From an uncultured Alistipes sp. (GTDB lineage: Bacteria > Bacteroidota > Bacteroidia > Bacteroidales > Rikenellaceae), in NCBI GenBank assembly GCA_959604655.1, contig CAUHCL010000001.1, forward strand, positions 954 through 64,953: 64,000 nt of DNA, read 5' to 3'. The position numbers were made by a program, and so were the translations under genes. The notes below the pieces were generated by a model. That model was not told the origin of the DNA. It saw only the letters and a list, made by a program, of their open reading frames with translations, and searched no databases. Below are positions 18,444-27,995 of the stretch, piece after piece (position 1 is the first letter of the stretch; every line of letters begins with the position of its first letter).

Positions 18444-20300
18444 TTATTCGAGCGTTATGGTGTAGTTGCGGTTGTAGTTCACACGCACCCACTCCTGGTT
18501 GACATATTTGCCGCCGCGCTGTTGCTGCACGAACTTGTAGTCGGTCTGCAACGGCTTGAAGCGCATGTCGAGCAGGTTGTATTCGATGTCGGAACGCATC
18601 CCCTCGCAGAAGATGACGGCCGTGTCGTAGCCGCGGTAGGCGTAGAGCGACGGCAGCATGTGGTACGATTCGATGTAGCGGCTGTCGAAATCGCGTACCG
18701 TTTGAGAGTCGCGCTTGGCGTGGTAGGTGGATATCATCACCACGTTGTTGTTGAAGAACGACGTGTGGTCGATGTTGTTGAAACGGCCCCAGCGCGAGGT
18801 GCCGAGCACGGTGTACGGCGCGCTCTTCTCGCTGCGCTCGGTGATGGCCGTATTGGCCGAGGCGAGCGTGCCGAGGATGCGGTCGACGTCGATCTCCGAG
18901 TCGGCCAGCACGATGAACAGGCATGGCGTCTCGCTCTTCAGTATGTCGGTCATGTCGCCGACGGCCGAGGCGGCCGAGTTGCGCGGCGTGAGAATCGAAC
19001 GCTGGTCGAACGAATAGGTGTAGCTCGCATGCTTGCGGCCCTGCAACAGCGTCAGCACCTCCTGCTCGAACTCCTTGTCGTAGGACGAGGCATATATCAG
19101 ATATATGTCGCGGCCGCCGTCTATCAGATCGGCTATCTTGTCGTATTTCTTCCCCGGGTCGGGCGACAGCTGGTAGAGTACCGAGCCGTTCACCGACTCG
19201 ATGTTGGCCAGCGGCGAGACGACGGGTACCGAATTGGTCTGCGCGAACTGCATTACGGGGCTAAGTTCGTCCTCGTAAACGGGGCCGACGATGAGATCGG
19301 TGCCCGCGAAATCGGCGTCGGACACTATTCGCTCCACCTTGAGACGGTTGTGCTCGGTGTTGTAGACCTTGAGATCGATATCGCCTTTTCCTTTGGCTTT
19401 AAGATCCTCCAGTCCCAACAGGAACCCGCGGTAGAACTCCACGTAGCTGGCGTTGGGCTTCGAATCGACGCTCAGGGGCAGCATCAGGGCCACGTCGAGC
19501 GTCTGCCCCGTGGGCACCGACCTGAATACGACGTTTTCGTCGCTCGGGTGCGGGACGTTTGCGAAATGATGCTGCTCGGCTGCGTCGTCGTTCTGCGGCA
19601 CGTCAGCCGTCTCGGGGTCGGGAATGCGGACCATGGCGCCCGCCTTGAGACCCTCGGACACGTCGTTGAGTTCGGCGAAGCGGGCTTCGGTGATGCCGTA
19701 TCGGCGCGACAGCGAATAGACGGTCTCCCCGGGCTGCACCACATGATATTTGTAGCCGTTGTCGGCGGCCTTGCTGAGATTGTCGGCGTATTCGGCCATC
19801 TCGCTTTGCGCTTCCTCTTCCGACGACGAACCTATCTCGGCCTTGCGGATCGACAGTACGTCGCCGATCGTGAGGCTGTGAGGGTCGACCGAGGGGTTGT
19901 CCTCGCGCAGCGTCGCCACCGAGATGTTGTAGTCGCGCGCGATGGCGTAGAGCGTCTCTCCCGCCTTGATCTTGTGCGAGAGGAACTCCTTCTTACGCTT
20001 GCGTTCGGCGCGTGCGTCGGCTTTCGCCTTTTCGGGGACGGGGATCTTCACCGTCTGGTCGATCCGCAGCCCGTCGACCGCGCTCGGGTTGCACTCCTTT
20101 AAGGTGTTCTCGTCCGACCCGTAGGCTTTCGCTATCGAATAGAGCGTCTCGCCCGATTTCACGGTGTGGACGTAGTACTTCTTGCCGTTGATGAACACGA
20201 TTACGGCACTCTTCTCTATCGCGGGCGCATACTCGGCCGCGACGCCGAAAAACATCGTGAATATGGCTCCTGCCGCGATGATTCGCTGTAATAGTCTCAT
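18444..20300 (-). CDS. LysM-repeat protein with C-terminal periplasmic-binding-type domain
   Basis: Three LysM repeats (HTVKSGETLYSIA, HKIKAGETLYAIA, HVVQPGETVYSLS), then VALMLP...IVGP. Confidence 0.85.
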   Translation of the reverse strand: MRLLQRIIAAGAIFTMFFGVAAEYAPAIEKSAVIVFINGKKYYVHTVKSGETLYSIAKAYGSDENTLKECNPSAVDGLRIDQTVKIPVPEKAKADARAERKRKKEFLSHKIKAGETLYAIARDYNISVATLREDNPSVDPHSLTIGDVLSIRKAEIGSSSEEEAQSEMAEYADNLSKAADNGYKYHVVQPGETVYSLSRRYGITEARFAELNDVSEGLKAGAMVRIPDPETADVPQNDDAAEQHHFANVPHPSDENVVFRSVPTGQTLDVALMLPLSVDSKPNASYVEFYRGFLLGLEDLKAKGKGDIDLKVYNTEHNRLKVERIVSDADFAGTDLIVGPVYEDELSPVMQFAQTNSVPVVSPLANIESVNGSVLYQLSPDPGKKYDKIADLIDGGRDIYLIYASSYDKEFEQEVLTLLQGRKHASYTYSFDQRSILTPRNSAASAVGDMTDILKSETPCLFIVLADSEIDVDRILGTLASANTAITERSEKSAPYTVLGTSRWGRFNNIDHTSFFNNNVVMISTYHAKRDSQTVRDFDSRYIESYHMLPSLYAYRGYDTAVIFCEGMRSDIEYNLLDMRFKPLQTDYKFVQQQRGGKYVNQEWVRVNYNRNYTITLE

Positions 20301-20378
20301 AAAATTAACATTAAGTTCGGCGACGCAGTCGCCGAACCTCGGTTTGGTGTTATTGTATCCGCCGCGCGGGAAACGCCG

Positions 20379-21146
20379 TCAGCATTTCCGATCGCGGAAT
20401 CGTATCTCGGTGATGACCTTCTTGGTGTAGAGCGGGAAATCGCCGTTCATTATCCATGAATAGTAGCTCGGTTCCTCGCGGAACACCTCGCTCACCACGC
20501 GGCCCTTGTGCTTGCCGAAGCTGAATATCTCCTGCCCCTTGTCGTCGTATACGATGCGTCCCGCATAGTCCGCCGACTCGCAGCGCGCCGAGAACTCGGC
20601 CAGACCCGCAATGTCGTTGGGCAGGTCGGGATAGCGGTCGAGCTGCGCCTTGAGCACCTCGTAGGTGGCTTTGGTGTCGGCCTCGGCCGAGTGGGCGTCG
20701 GTCAGGTCCTTGTCGCAGTAGAACTTGTAGGCGGCCACCAGCGTGCGCTGCTCCATCTTGTGGAAGATGTTCTGCACGTCGATGAACTTGCGTTTCTTGA
20801 AGTCGACGTCGACTCCCGCGCGCAGAAATTCCTCGACCAGCATCGGAAGATCGAACCGATTGGAATTGAATCCGCCGAAGTCGCACCCTTCGATGAACCG
20901 ATAGAGCGATTTGGCAATCTGCGCGAACGTGGGGGCATCCTTCACGTCGTCGTCGGTGATGCCGTGGATGGCCGTCGAGGTCTCGGGGATGTGCATCTGC
21001 GGGTTTATCAGCCGCGTGCGGACCTCTTCGCTGCCGTCGGGCATGACCTTCACCATCGATATCTCCACTATGCGGTCCTTAGCCGTATCAACGCCCGTCG
21101 TCTCCAGGTCGAAGAAGACGATCGGGCGTTTGAGATTCAGATCCAT
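20379..21146 (-). CDS. DEDDh 3'-5' exonuclease (DNA Pol III epsilon-like)
   Basis: FDLETTG, FNSNRFD, AHSAEAD; downstream of dnaN. Confidence 0.9.
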   Translation of the reverse strand: MDLNLKRPIVFFDLETTGVDTAKDRIVEISMVKVMPDGSEEVRTRLINPQMHIPETSTAIHGITDDDVKDAPTFAQIAKSLYRFIEGCDFGGFNSNRFDLPMLVEEFLRAGVDVDFKKRKFIDVQNIFHKMEQRTLVAAYKFYCDKDLTDAHSAEADTKATYEVLKAQLDRYPDLPNDIAGLAEFSARCESADYAGRIVYDDKGQEIFSFGKHKGRVVSEVFREEPSYYSWIMNGDFPLYTKKVITEIRFRDRKC

Positions 21147-21156
21147 CGCTTGAGGT

Positions 21157-22281
21157 TTATGCGTTTATCATCATGGGCATGAGCAACATAAGCGTCTCGC
21201 TGCTCTGCTTGTCGTCGTATACGGGCTTGAACACTCCCGCACGGGTCGAGTCGGCCAGCTCCACCACCACCGTGGGGGTGTCGATGTTCGACAGTATCTC
21301 GACCAGGAACGTCGACTTGAAGCCGATGGTGACGGGGTCGCCGTCGTAGCTGCACGAGATGGTCTCGTTGGCCGACACCGAGAAGTCGATGTCCTGAGCC
21401 GTGAGGTTCACGCGGTTGTCGGCTATGTCCATGCGGATGAGGTTCGTGGTAGGATTCGAGCACACGGCCACGCGCTTGATTCCGTTGACGAACTCCACGC
21501 GGTCGATGAGGACCTTGTTGGGGTTGGCGGCGGGGATCACGGCGTTGTAGTTGGGATAGTTGCCCTCGATCAGACGGCACACTAACTTGAAGCTCTTCAG
21601 GTCGAACGTGACGTTCTTGGCGTCGAACGTGACGGCCACGGCCTCTTCCTCCTTCAAAAGCAGGGTCTTGAGAAGGTTGGCGGGTTTCTTGGGCAGGATG
21701 AACGACGACGAGAAGTCGCCTGCGTTCTCGGCCGCATACTTCACGAGCTTGTGTGCGTCGGTGGCCACGAACGTGAGCGATTCGGGGGTGAAATCGAAGT
21801 AGACGCCGTTCATCACAGGACGCAGCTCGTCGTCGGCCGTGGCGAATATGGTCTTGTTGATTCCGTTGACCAGCATGTCGACGTCGAGCGTGAGGCTCTT
21901 GCGTTCGTTGCCGAGGCTCTGCACGGCGGGATAGCTCACGGCGTTGGCTCCCGGGATCGAGAGGTGGCCGCTCGCCCATGTGATCGCTATCTCCCACGTG
22001 GTGTCGTTCACGTCGATCTCAAGCGGCATTTCGGGGAACTCCTTGAGCGAGTCGAGCATCAATTTGGCGGGTGCGGCGATCACGCCTTCGCGTTCGATGT
22101 TCTCCACCGCGATGGATCCTATGAGGGTGGTCTCCAGATCGGAAGTGGTGACGGTCAACCGTCCCTCTTTGAGCTCCATGAGGAAATACTCCAGAATGGG
22201 GAGAGAACTTTTGTTGCTGATTACCTTGCCCGTGGTCGCCAGCAGCGACAACAGCGCAGAACTTGATACTGTAAATTTCAT
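21157..22281 (-). CDS. dnaN: DNA polymerase III beta clamp
   Basis: SDLE, RPVMNGV, VATDAHKL, LIEGNYPNY, LLMPM. Confidence 0.97.
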   Translation of the reverse strand: MKFTVSSSALLSLLATTGKVISNKSSLPILEYFLMELKEGRLTVTTSDLETTLIGSIAVENIEREGVIAAPAKLMLDSLKEFPEMPLEIDVNDTTWEIAITWASGHLSIPGANAVSYPAVQSLGNERKSLTLDVDMLVNGINKTIFATADDELRPVMNGVYFDFTPESLTFVATDAHKLVKYAAENAGDFSSSFILPKKPANLLKTLLLKEEEAVAVTFDAKNVTFDLKSFKLVCRLIEGNYPNYNAVIPAANPNKVLIDRVEFVNGIKRVAVCSNPTTNLIRMDIADNRVNLTAQDIDFSVSANETISCSYDGDPVTIGFKSTFLVEILSNIDTPTVVVELADSTRAGVFKPVYDDKQSSETLMLLMPMMINA

Positions 22282-22319
22282 ATTGATGTCGAATTGTTGT
22301 CGAAATAATCGTTGTTAAA

Positions 22320-23204
22320 TCATTGTGCCGAAGCGAGTTTGTCGAGCGCCATGCCTATCATGTGCTCCACGAACGGCTTGTAGTCGGTGCAGGCGTCGCG
22401 GGCTATGCGCTGCGCTATGACGGTGCACATCGTCGTGGCGCGGTGGTCCATCAGCGCGGCCAGACCCGCGAGGGCCGAACCCTCCATCTCGAAGTTGGTT
22501 ATGCGGCGGCCGCCGTAGCGGAACGACTCGATTTTGGCGTTGAGATCGGGGTCGGCGGGACGCAGACGCACCCAACGGCCCTGCGGGGCGTAGAACCCGG
22601 GTGCCGCTATGGTTATGCCCTCCGTTACCGAGTCCTTGAATAGCTCGCGCAGCTCGGGATCGCAGTCGACGAAATAGGGCTTGGGCAGCAGTTCGCTCCA
22701 CCCCGTGTGACGCATGAACGCGCGTTCGATCTCCAGATCACACACCTCGTTGCGCCCCTCGTAGAAGTTCAGAAGGCCGTCGAATCCGACCGACGTGACG
22801 GAGTGCACCACCTCGCCCACCTCGATGTCGGGTTGCAGGGCGCCCGTGGTGCCGAGCCGCACGAGCGTCAGGCGGCGTTTGCGCTCCCTGACCGTGCGGG
22901 TGGCGAAGTCGATGTTGGCCAGCGCGTCCAGCTCCGTTACGGATATGTCGATGTTCCCGATGCCGATTCCCGTCGATAATACGCTCATCCGCTTGCCGCG
23001 ATAGAGGCCCGTCACGGTGTTGAATTCGCGGTTCGACGCACGGCACTCCACGCTGTCGAACAGCGCCGACACCATGGCCACGCGGGCGGGATCGCCCACC
23101 AGAATTACGGTGTCGGCGAGCTGCTCGGGACGCAGGTGCAGGTGGAATACCGAACCGTCGTCGTTGATTATCAATTCCGAAGAGGGTATTATTCTGGTCT
23201 GCAT
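22320..23204 (-). CDS. Nucleoside (uridine-type) phosphorylase
   Basis: LVGDPARV, STGIG, RLGT, GFYAPQGR, NFEMEGS. Confidence 0.9.
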   Translation of the reverse strand: MQTRIIPSSELIINDDGSVFHLHLRPEQLADTVILVGDPARVAMVSALFDSVECRASNREFNTVTGLYRGKRMSVLSTGIGIGNIDISVTELDALANIDFATRTVRERKRRLTLVRLGTTGALQPDIEVGEVVHSVTSVGFDGLLNFYEGRNEVCDLEIERAFMRHTGWSELLPKPYFVDCDPELRELFKDSVTEGITIAAPGFYAPQGRWVRLRPADPDLNAKIESFRYGGRRITNFEMEGSALAGLAALMDHRATTMCTVIAQRIARDACTDYKPFVEHMIGMALDKLASAQ

Positions 23205-23322
23205 ACGATAAATTTTCTCCGTTTGTCTTTTTTATGTGGCATAAAAGTAATATATTTACCTCGAATTACAAAAATAAATCAACCTTTTTTATTTTAAGTA
23301 CAACTGCATAAAACCGTAATAA

Positions 23323-24711
23323 ATGACACTGATTAAATCGATTTCCGGCATTCGCGGTACCATAGGCGGTGCGCAGGGCGACAACCTTACGCCCATCGAC
23401 ATCGTGAAGTTCACGACGGCCTACGTGCGCTTCATGAGCGAGAAACACAACGGCAAAAGGCTTACCATAGTCGTCGGTCGCGACGCGCGTATTTCGGGTC
23501 CGATGGTGAACGACATAATAGAAGGCACTCTGGTGGGATGCGGCGCCGACGTCATAAACGTCGGGTTGTGCACCACCCCGGGTACGGAAATGGCCGTCAT
23601 AACGCATAAGGCCGACGGCGGAATAATCATCACCGCGTCGCACAACCCCAAGCAGTGGAACGCACTCAAGCTGCTCAACGAGCGGGGCGAGTTCCTGAAC
23701 GACGCGGAGGGCAAGCGGGTGCTCGCACTGGCCGAGGACGACGATTTCGTATTCCCCGAGGTGGACGCCATAGGCCGAGTGGTGTCGTGCGAGGATTTCA
23801 ACTCGCGCCATATCGAGCAGGTGCTGGCCATGTCGCTCGTGGATCGCGAGGCGGTGCGCGGGCGCAGATTCAAGGTCGTGGTGGACGCCGTAAACTCGGT
23901 CGGCGGAGTGGTCATCCCGCAGCTGCTGCGCGAGCTGGGCTGCGAGGTGGTGGAGCTGAACTGCGAGCCGAACGGACATTTCGCCCATAATCCCGAGCCG
24001 CTGCCCGAGAATCTGACCGAAATATCGGAGGTTATCGTGCGCGAGAAGGCCGATCTGGGCGTCGTGGTCGATCCCGACGTCGACCGTCTGGCGTTAGTGT
24101 GCGAGAACGGCGACATGTTCGGCGAGGAATATACGCTGGTGGCCGTGGCCGATTACGTGCTGTCGCACACGGCGGGCAATACGGTCTCGAACCTCAGTTC
24201 GTCGCGGGCGCTGCGCGACGTGACGGAGGCGCACAGCGGAAAATACGAGGCGTCGGCCGTCGGCGAGGTGAACGTGGTGGCCAAGATGAAGGAGACGGGT
24301 GCCGTCATAGGCGGCGAAGGAAACGGCGGAGTCATCTACCCTGCCCTGCATTACGGCCGCGACGCGCTGGTGGGCGTGGCGCTCTTTTTGAGCTTCCTCG
24401 TGAAGAAGGGAATGACCATGACCGAGCTGCGCAGCACCTATCCCGCATACTTCGCATCGAAGAACAAGATAGAGCTTACGCCGGCCATCGACGTGGATAA
24501 AGTCCTGCTTGAGATGAAGAATCGTTACTCGGGTGAGAAAGTGAACGATATAGACGGCGTGAAGATCGATTTCCCAGAGAACTGGGTGCATCTGCGCAAG
24601 TCGAATACCGAGCCTATAATCCGCATCTACACAGAGGCTAAGTCGCCCGAGGAGGCCGACGCGCTGGCGAAGAAGATCATAGGCGAGGTGAAGGAGATAT
24701 GTAATTTGTGA
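23323..24711 (+). CDS. glmM: Phosphoglucosamine mutase / phosphohexomutase
   Basis: TASHNP, DPDVDR, GGEGNGG, RKSNTEP. Confidence 0.88.
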   Translation: MTLIKSISGIRGTIGGAQGDNLTPIDIVKFTTAYVRFMSEKHNGKRLTIVVGRDARISGPMVNDIIEGTLVGCGADVINVGLCTTPGTEMAVITHKADGGIIITASHNPKQWNALKLLNERGEFLNDAEGKRVLALAEDDDFVFPEVDAIGRVVSCEDFNSRHIEQVLAMSLVDREAVRGRRFKVVVDAVNSVGGVVIPQLLRELGCEVVELNCEPNGHFAHNPEPLPENLTEISEVIVREKADLGVVVDPDVDRLALVCENGDMFGEEYTLVAVADYVLSHTAGNTVSNLSSSRALRDVTEAHSGKYEASAVGEVNVVAKMKETGAVIGGEGNGGVIYPALHYGRDALVGVALFLSFLVKKGMTMTELRSTYPAYFASKNKIELTPAIDVDKVLLEMKNRYSGEKVNDIDGVKIDFPENWVHLRKSNTEPIIRIYTEAKSPEEADALAKKIIGEVKEICNL

Positions 24712-24715
24712 TTCG

Positions 24716-24761
24716 GTTCGCCGACGGCGGAGGACTGCCGACATGGCAGTGCCATGTCGAA
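24716..24761 (+). repeat. Family A repeat, internally deleted copy
   Basis: gttcgccgacggcggagg fused directly to actgccgacatggc-agt-gccatgtcgaa. Confidence 0.85.
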
Positions 24762-24784
24762 ATATAAGATTAAATATTTACGTT

Positions 24785-26152
24785 ATGAAAAAAGCACATG
24801 ATTATATAGGTGTCAACAAGGACCGTTTCATCGATGAGCTGTTCGAGCTGTTGCGCATACCCTCGATCAGCGCGCAGTCGGAGCACAAACCCGACATGCA
24901 GCGTTGCGCCGAGTGGCTTGCGGCCGCGCTCGTGAAGGCGGGTGCCGACCATGCCGAGGTGATGCCCACCGACGGCAATCCCGTGGTGTTCGCCGAAAAG
25001 ATGGTCGATCCCGCGGCCAAAACGGTGCTGGTTTACGGTCATTACGACGTGATGCCCGTCGACCCGCGCGAGGAATGGCGCACCGAGCCGTTCGAGCCGA
25101 CGATAAAGGACGGCCGTATTTGGGGTCGCGGCGCGGACGACGACAAGGGGCAGCTGTTCATGCACGCCAAGGCGTTCGAGGCCATGTGCGCGACCGATTC
25201 GCTGCCGTGCAACGTGAAATTCATGCTCGAAGGCGAGGAGGAGATCGGTTCGCCGAGCCTCTACAAGTTCTGCGCCGACAATCGGGAGATGCTCGCGGCC
25301 GACATAATACTGGTGTCGGACACCTCGATGATCTCGATGGATACCCCGTCGATCACGTGCGGTCTGCGCGGTCTGACGTACATGGAGGTGGAGGTGACGG
25401 GACCGAACAAGGATCTGCACTCGGGACTCTTCGGCGGAGCCGTGGCCAATCCCGCCAATGTGCTCACGCGTCTGGTCGCGTCGCTGGTCGACGACAAGGG
25501 TCGCGTGACGATCGACGGATTCTACGACGACGTGCGCGAACTGACGCCCGCCGAGCGCAAGGCATTCAACGAGGCGCCTTTCGATTTGGACGAATACAAG
25601 AGGTCTCTCGACGTGGACGACGTGGAGGGCGAGGATGGTTACACCACCATAGAACGCACGGGCGTGCGTCCCTCGCTGGACGTGAACGGCATCTGGGGCG
25701 GATACATCGAGGAAGGGACCAAAACGGTGATCCCGTCGAAAGCGTCGGCCAAGATATCGATGCGACTGGTGCCGAATCAGGACTTCGAGAAGATAGCGGA
25801 GCTGTTCGAGCGTCACTTCAGGGCCATAGCGCCCGCGAGCGTGAAGGTCGACGTGCGTTTCCTGCACGGCGGTGCGCCCTATGTGGCCCCCACTGACATG
25901 CCCGCCTACAAGGCGGCCGAGCAGGCGATAGCCGACACCTTCGGCAAGAAGCCCCTGCCCTTTTATTCGGGCGGTTCGATTCCGATCATCAGCGGATTCG
26001 AACGCATATTGGGCATCAAGTCGCTGCTTATAGGGTTCGGACTCGCGGAGGATGCCATTCACTCGCCCAACGAGAGTTACGGCCTGGACCAGTTCTTCAA
26101 AGGGTTGGAGACGATACCTCTGTTCTATAAGTATTTCGCCGAGGCGAAGTAG
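24785..26152 (+). CDS. M20 family dipeptidase
   Basis: YGHYDV, GRGADDDKG, EGEEEIGS, IHSPNE. Confidence 0.92.
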   Translation: MKKAHDYIGVNKDRFIDELFELLRIPSISAQSEHKPDMQRCAEWLAAALVKAGADHAEVMPTDGNPVVFAEKMVDPAAKTVLVYGHYDVMPVDPREEWRTEPFEPTIKDGRIWGRGADDDKGQLFMHAKAFEAMCATDSLPCNVKFMLEGEEEIGSPSLYKFCADNREMLAADIILVSDTSMISMDTPSITCGLRGLTYMEVEVTGPNKDLHSGLFGGAVANPANVLTRLVASLVDDKGRVTIDGFYDDVRELTPAERKAFNEAPFDLDEYKRSLDVDDVEGEDGYTTIERTGVRPSLDVNGIWGGYIEEGTKTVIPSKASAKISMRLVPNQDFEKIAELFERHFRAIAPASVKVDVRFLHGGAPYVAPTDMPAYKAAEQAIADTFGKKPLPFYSGGSIPIISGFERILGIKSLLIGFGLAEDAIHSPNESYGLDQFFKGLETIPLFYKYFAEAK

Positions 26153-26227
26153 AGCCTTGTGCGGCAAGAGTGCGAGCGGTCGTCCGACGGGCGGCCGCTC
26201 GGTTTTTGCTTTATGGTCACGGTGGCG

Positions 26228-26324
26228 GTTCGCCGTCGGCGGAGGACGCGTGCGAGCCTAAAGCGAGTAGCAGTCCGCCGCGTGGGGCGGCGGCGAACTG
26301 CCGATATCGCCGTGCGATATCGAA
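26228..26324 (+). repeat. Family A dispersed palindromic repeat
   Basis: gttcgccgtcggcggagg...gcagtccgccgcgtggggcggcggcgaactgccgatatcgc-cgt-gcgatatcgaa. Confidence 0.9.
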
Positions 26325-26415
26325 TTTCGGCGGGCGATATAAAATCACCCCGAAAATTTCGTTCGCAAGATATTTATTAATATTTTTGAGGAATTAATCG
26401 ATACTGCGTTCCGTT

Positions 26416-27321
26416 ATGGTCAAAGAGAACATCCTGCAAACGATCGGCGCCACGCCGATGGTGAGAATCAACCGATTGTGCCCCAATTCGCGGGTCAACA
26501 TATATGCCAAATTAGAGGGACTCAACCCCACGGGCAGCATAAAGGACCGCATAGCCGTGCGCATGGTGGAGGCTGCCGAGCGGAGCGGTGCCCTGCGCAA
26601 GGGCAAGACCATAATCGAGCCGACGTCGGGCAATACGGGCATCGGGCTGGCCATAGCGGGCATAGTCAAGGGGTATCCCGTGGAGATAGTGATGAGCGCG
26701 GCGGTGTCGGTCGAGCGGCGCAAGATACTGCGCTCGTACGGCGCCAAGGTGATACTCACCGCGGCCGACGAGGGTACCGACGGGGCCATACGTCTGGCAC
26801 GCAGGATGGTCGCGGCCGATCCCGAGAAGTATTTCATGCCCGACCAGTTCGCCAACGCAGCGAATTATCTGGCCCATTACGAGAATACGGCCATAGAGAT
26901 ATGGCAGCAGACCGAAGGACGCGTCGACTGTCTGGTGTGCGCCGTGGGCACCTCGGGTACGTTGATGGGTTTGTCGCGTTTCCTGCGGGCCATGAAAAGC
27001 GACATAAAGGTGGTGTGCGCCCACCCTATCCGCGGCCACTATATTCAGGGACTGAAAAATATGGAGGAAGCTATAGTGCCGCAGATATACGATCCGTCGC
27101 TGATCGACACGCAGGAGATGATCGAGAGCGAGGAGGCGATAGAGATGGCGCGGCGCATAATCGCCGAGGAAGGGATATTCGCGGGGATGAGCAGCGGCGC
27201 GGCCATGATAGCCGCCATACGGACGGCCGAGCGCATGGAGAGCGGCAACATAGTCGTGGTGTTCCCCGACCGCGCGGAGAAGTATCTTAGCACCGACATG
27301 TTCGAACGGTTCGCCGACTGA
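26416..27321 (+). CDS. Cysteine synthase (CysK/CysM family)
   Basis: NPTGSIKDR, PTSGNTG, GTSGT, GMSSGA. Confidence 0.93.
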   Translation: MVKENILQTIGATPMVRINRLCPNSRVNIYAKLEGLNPTGSIKDRIAVRMVEAAERSGALRKGKTIIEPTSGNTGIGLAIAGIVKGYPVEIVMSAAVSVERRKILRSYGAKVILTAADEGTDGAIRLARRMVAADPEKYFMPDQFANAANYLAHYENTAIEIWQQTEGRVDCLVCAVGTSGTLMGLSRFLRAMKSDIKVVCAHPIRGHYIQGLKNMEEAIVPQIYDPSLIDTQEMIESEEAIEMARRIIAEEGIFAGMSSGAAMIAAIRTAERMESGNIVVVFPDRAEKYLSTDMFERFAD

Positions 27322-27816
27322 CGCGAGTGTTTGTCTCGGAAGCCAGCCGTTTGCAACGTTCCATTTCTGCAAATACCTCTTCGACAGTTGGATATTCATC
27401 CCTAAAGCAATCCGTTTGCAACCCCGCGCGCAGTAATGAACTCATTGCTATAGTTGGATATTCATCCCAAATGCAAGCCGTTTGCAACTGCACGGGTTCG
27501 AGTTTATCGACCTCTCCCGTTGGATATTCATCCCCAATGCAATCCGTTTGCAACGCCGCCCATACGGCGAATTGACCCAAATAGTTGGATATTCATTCCC
27601 AATGCAATCCGTTTGCAACCATTACGTTCTCTGTATCTGTTGACGAAATGTTGGATATTCATTCCCAATGCAATCCGTTTGCAACGGCCACGGCCGAGGA
27701 GATAATCGACCATTAGTTGGATATTCATTCCCAATGCAATCCGTTTGCAACTCGGTCGGAACAAGCAAGGACATTGCCGTGTTGGATATTCATTCCCAAT
27801 GCAATCCGTTTGCAAC
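27322..27816 (-). CRISPR. CRISPR array: 7 full 36-nt repeats plus 1 degenerate terminal repeat, 7 spacers of 29-30 nt
   Basis: Repeat on + strand gttggatattcattcccaatgcaatccgtttgcaac at 27387, 27453, 27519, 27584, 27650, 27716, 27781; degenerate copy 27322-27357. Mismatches accumulate leftward, implying minus-strand transcription (GTTGCAAACGGATTGCATTGGGAATGAATATCCAAC). Confidence 0.97.
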
Positions 27817-27820
27817 CTAA

Positions 27821-27990
27821 CCCGCCGAACGTGTTGTGTCACATCGGCAAGCCTTGAAAGAGAGATGAATTTTTCGAGTGCGCAGACATCGTTATAACCG
27901 ACTGTCATAACGATTTTTTATGTCTGAACCTCAAACTAAGGTGCCTCCAACAGCCCCATGTAAATATACTTCTGTCGTATATCTGTTTCT
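27821..27990 (-). ncRNA. Candidate tracrRNA for the Cas12f-like effector
   Basis: Minus strand carries GUUGGA (27946-27951), complementary to the repeat 3' end UCCAAC, and AUUCAU (27865-27870), complementary to repeat AUGAAU. These are separated by a long hairpin (27883-27926), with a promoter box directly upstream. Ends are approximate. Confidence 0.75.
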
Positions 27991-27995
27991 CTCGA

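Noticed and set aside
20315..20338. gttcggcgac-gca-gtcgccgaac hairpin as a family A copy
   Set aside because: Only superficial similarity, and it lacks the conserved core. More likely a local terminator-like hairpin.
27817..27851. An eighth spacer plus further repeat next to the array
   Set aside because: No 36-nt repeat follows. The segment is a hairpin leading to the short anti-repeat.
27287..27908. Short ORFs with repeated peptides (LQTDCIG/CKRIALG) across the array
   Set aside because: These are translations of the CRISPR repeats.
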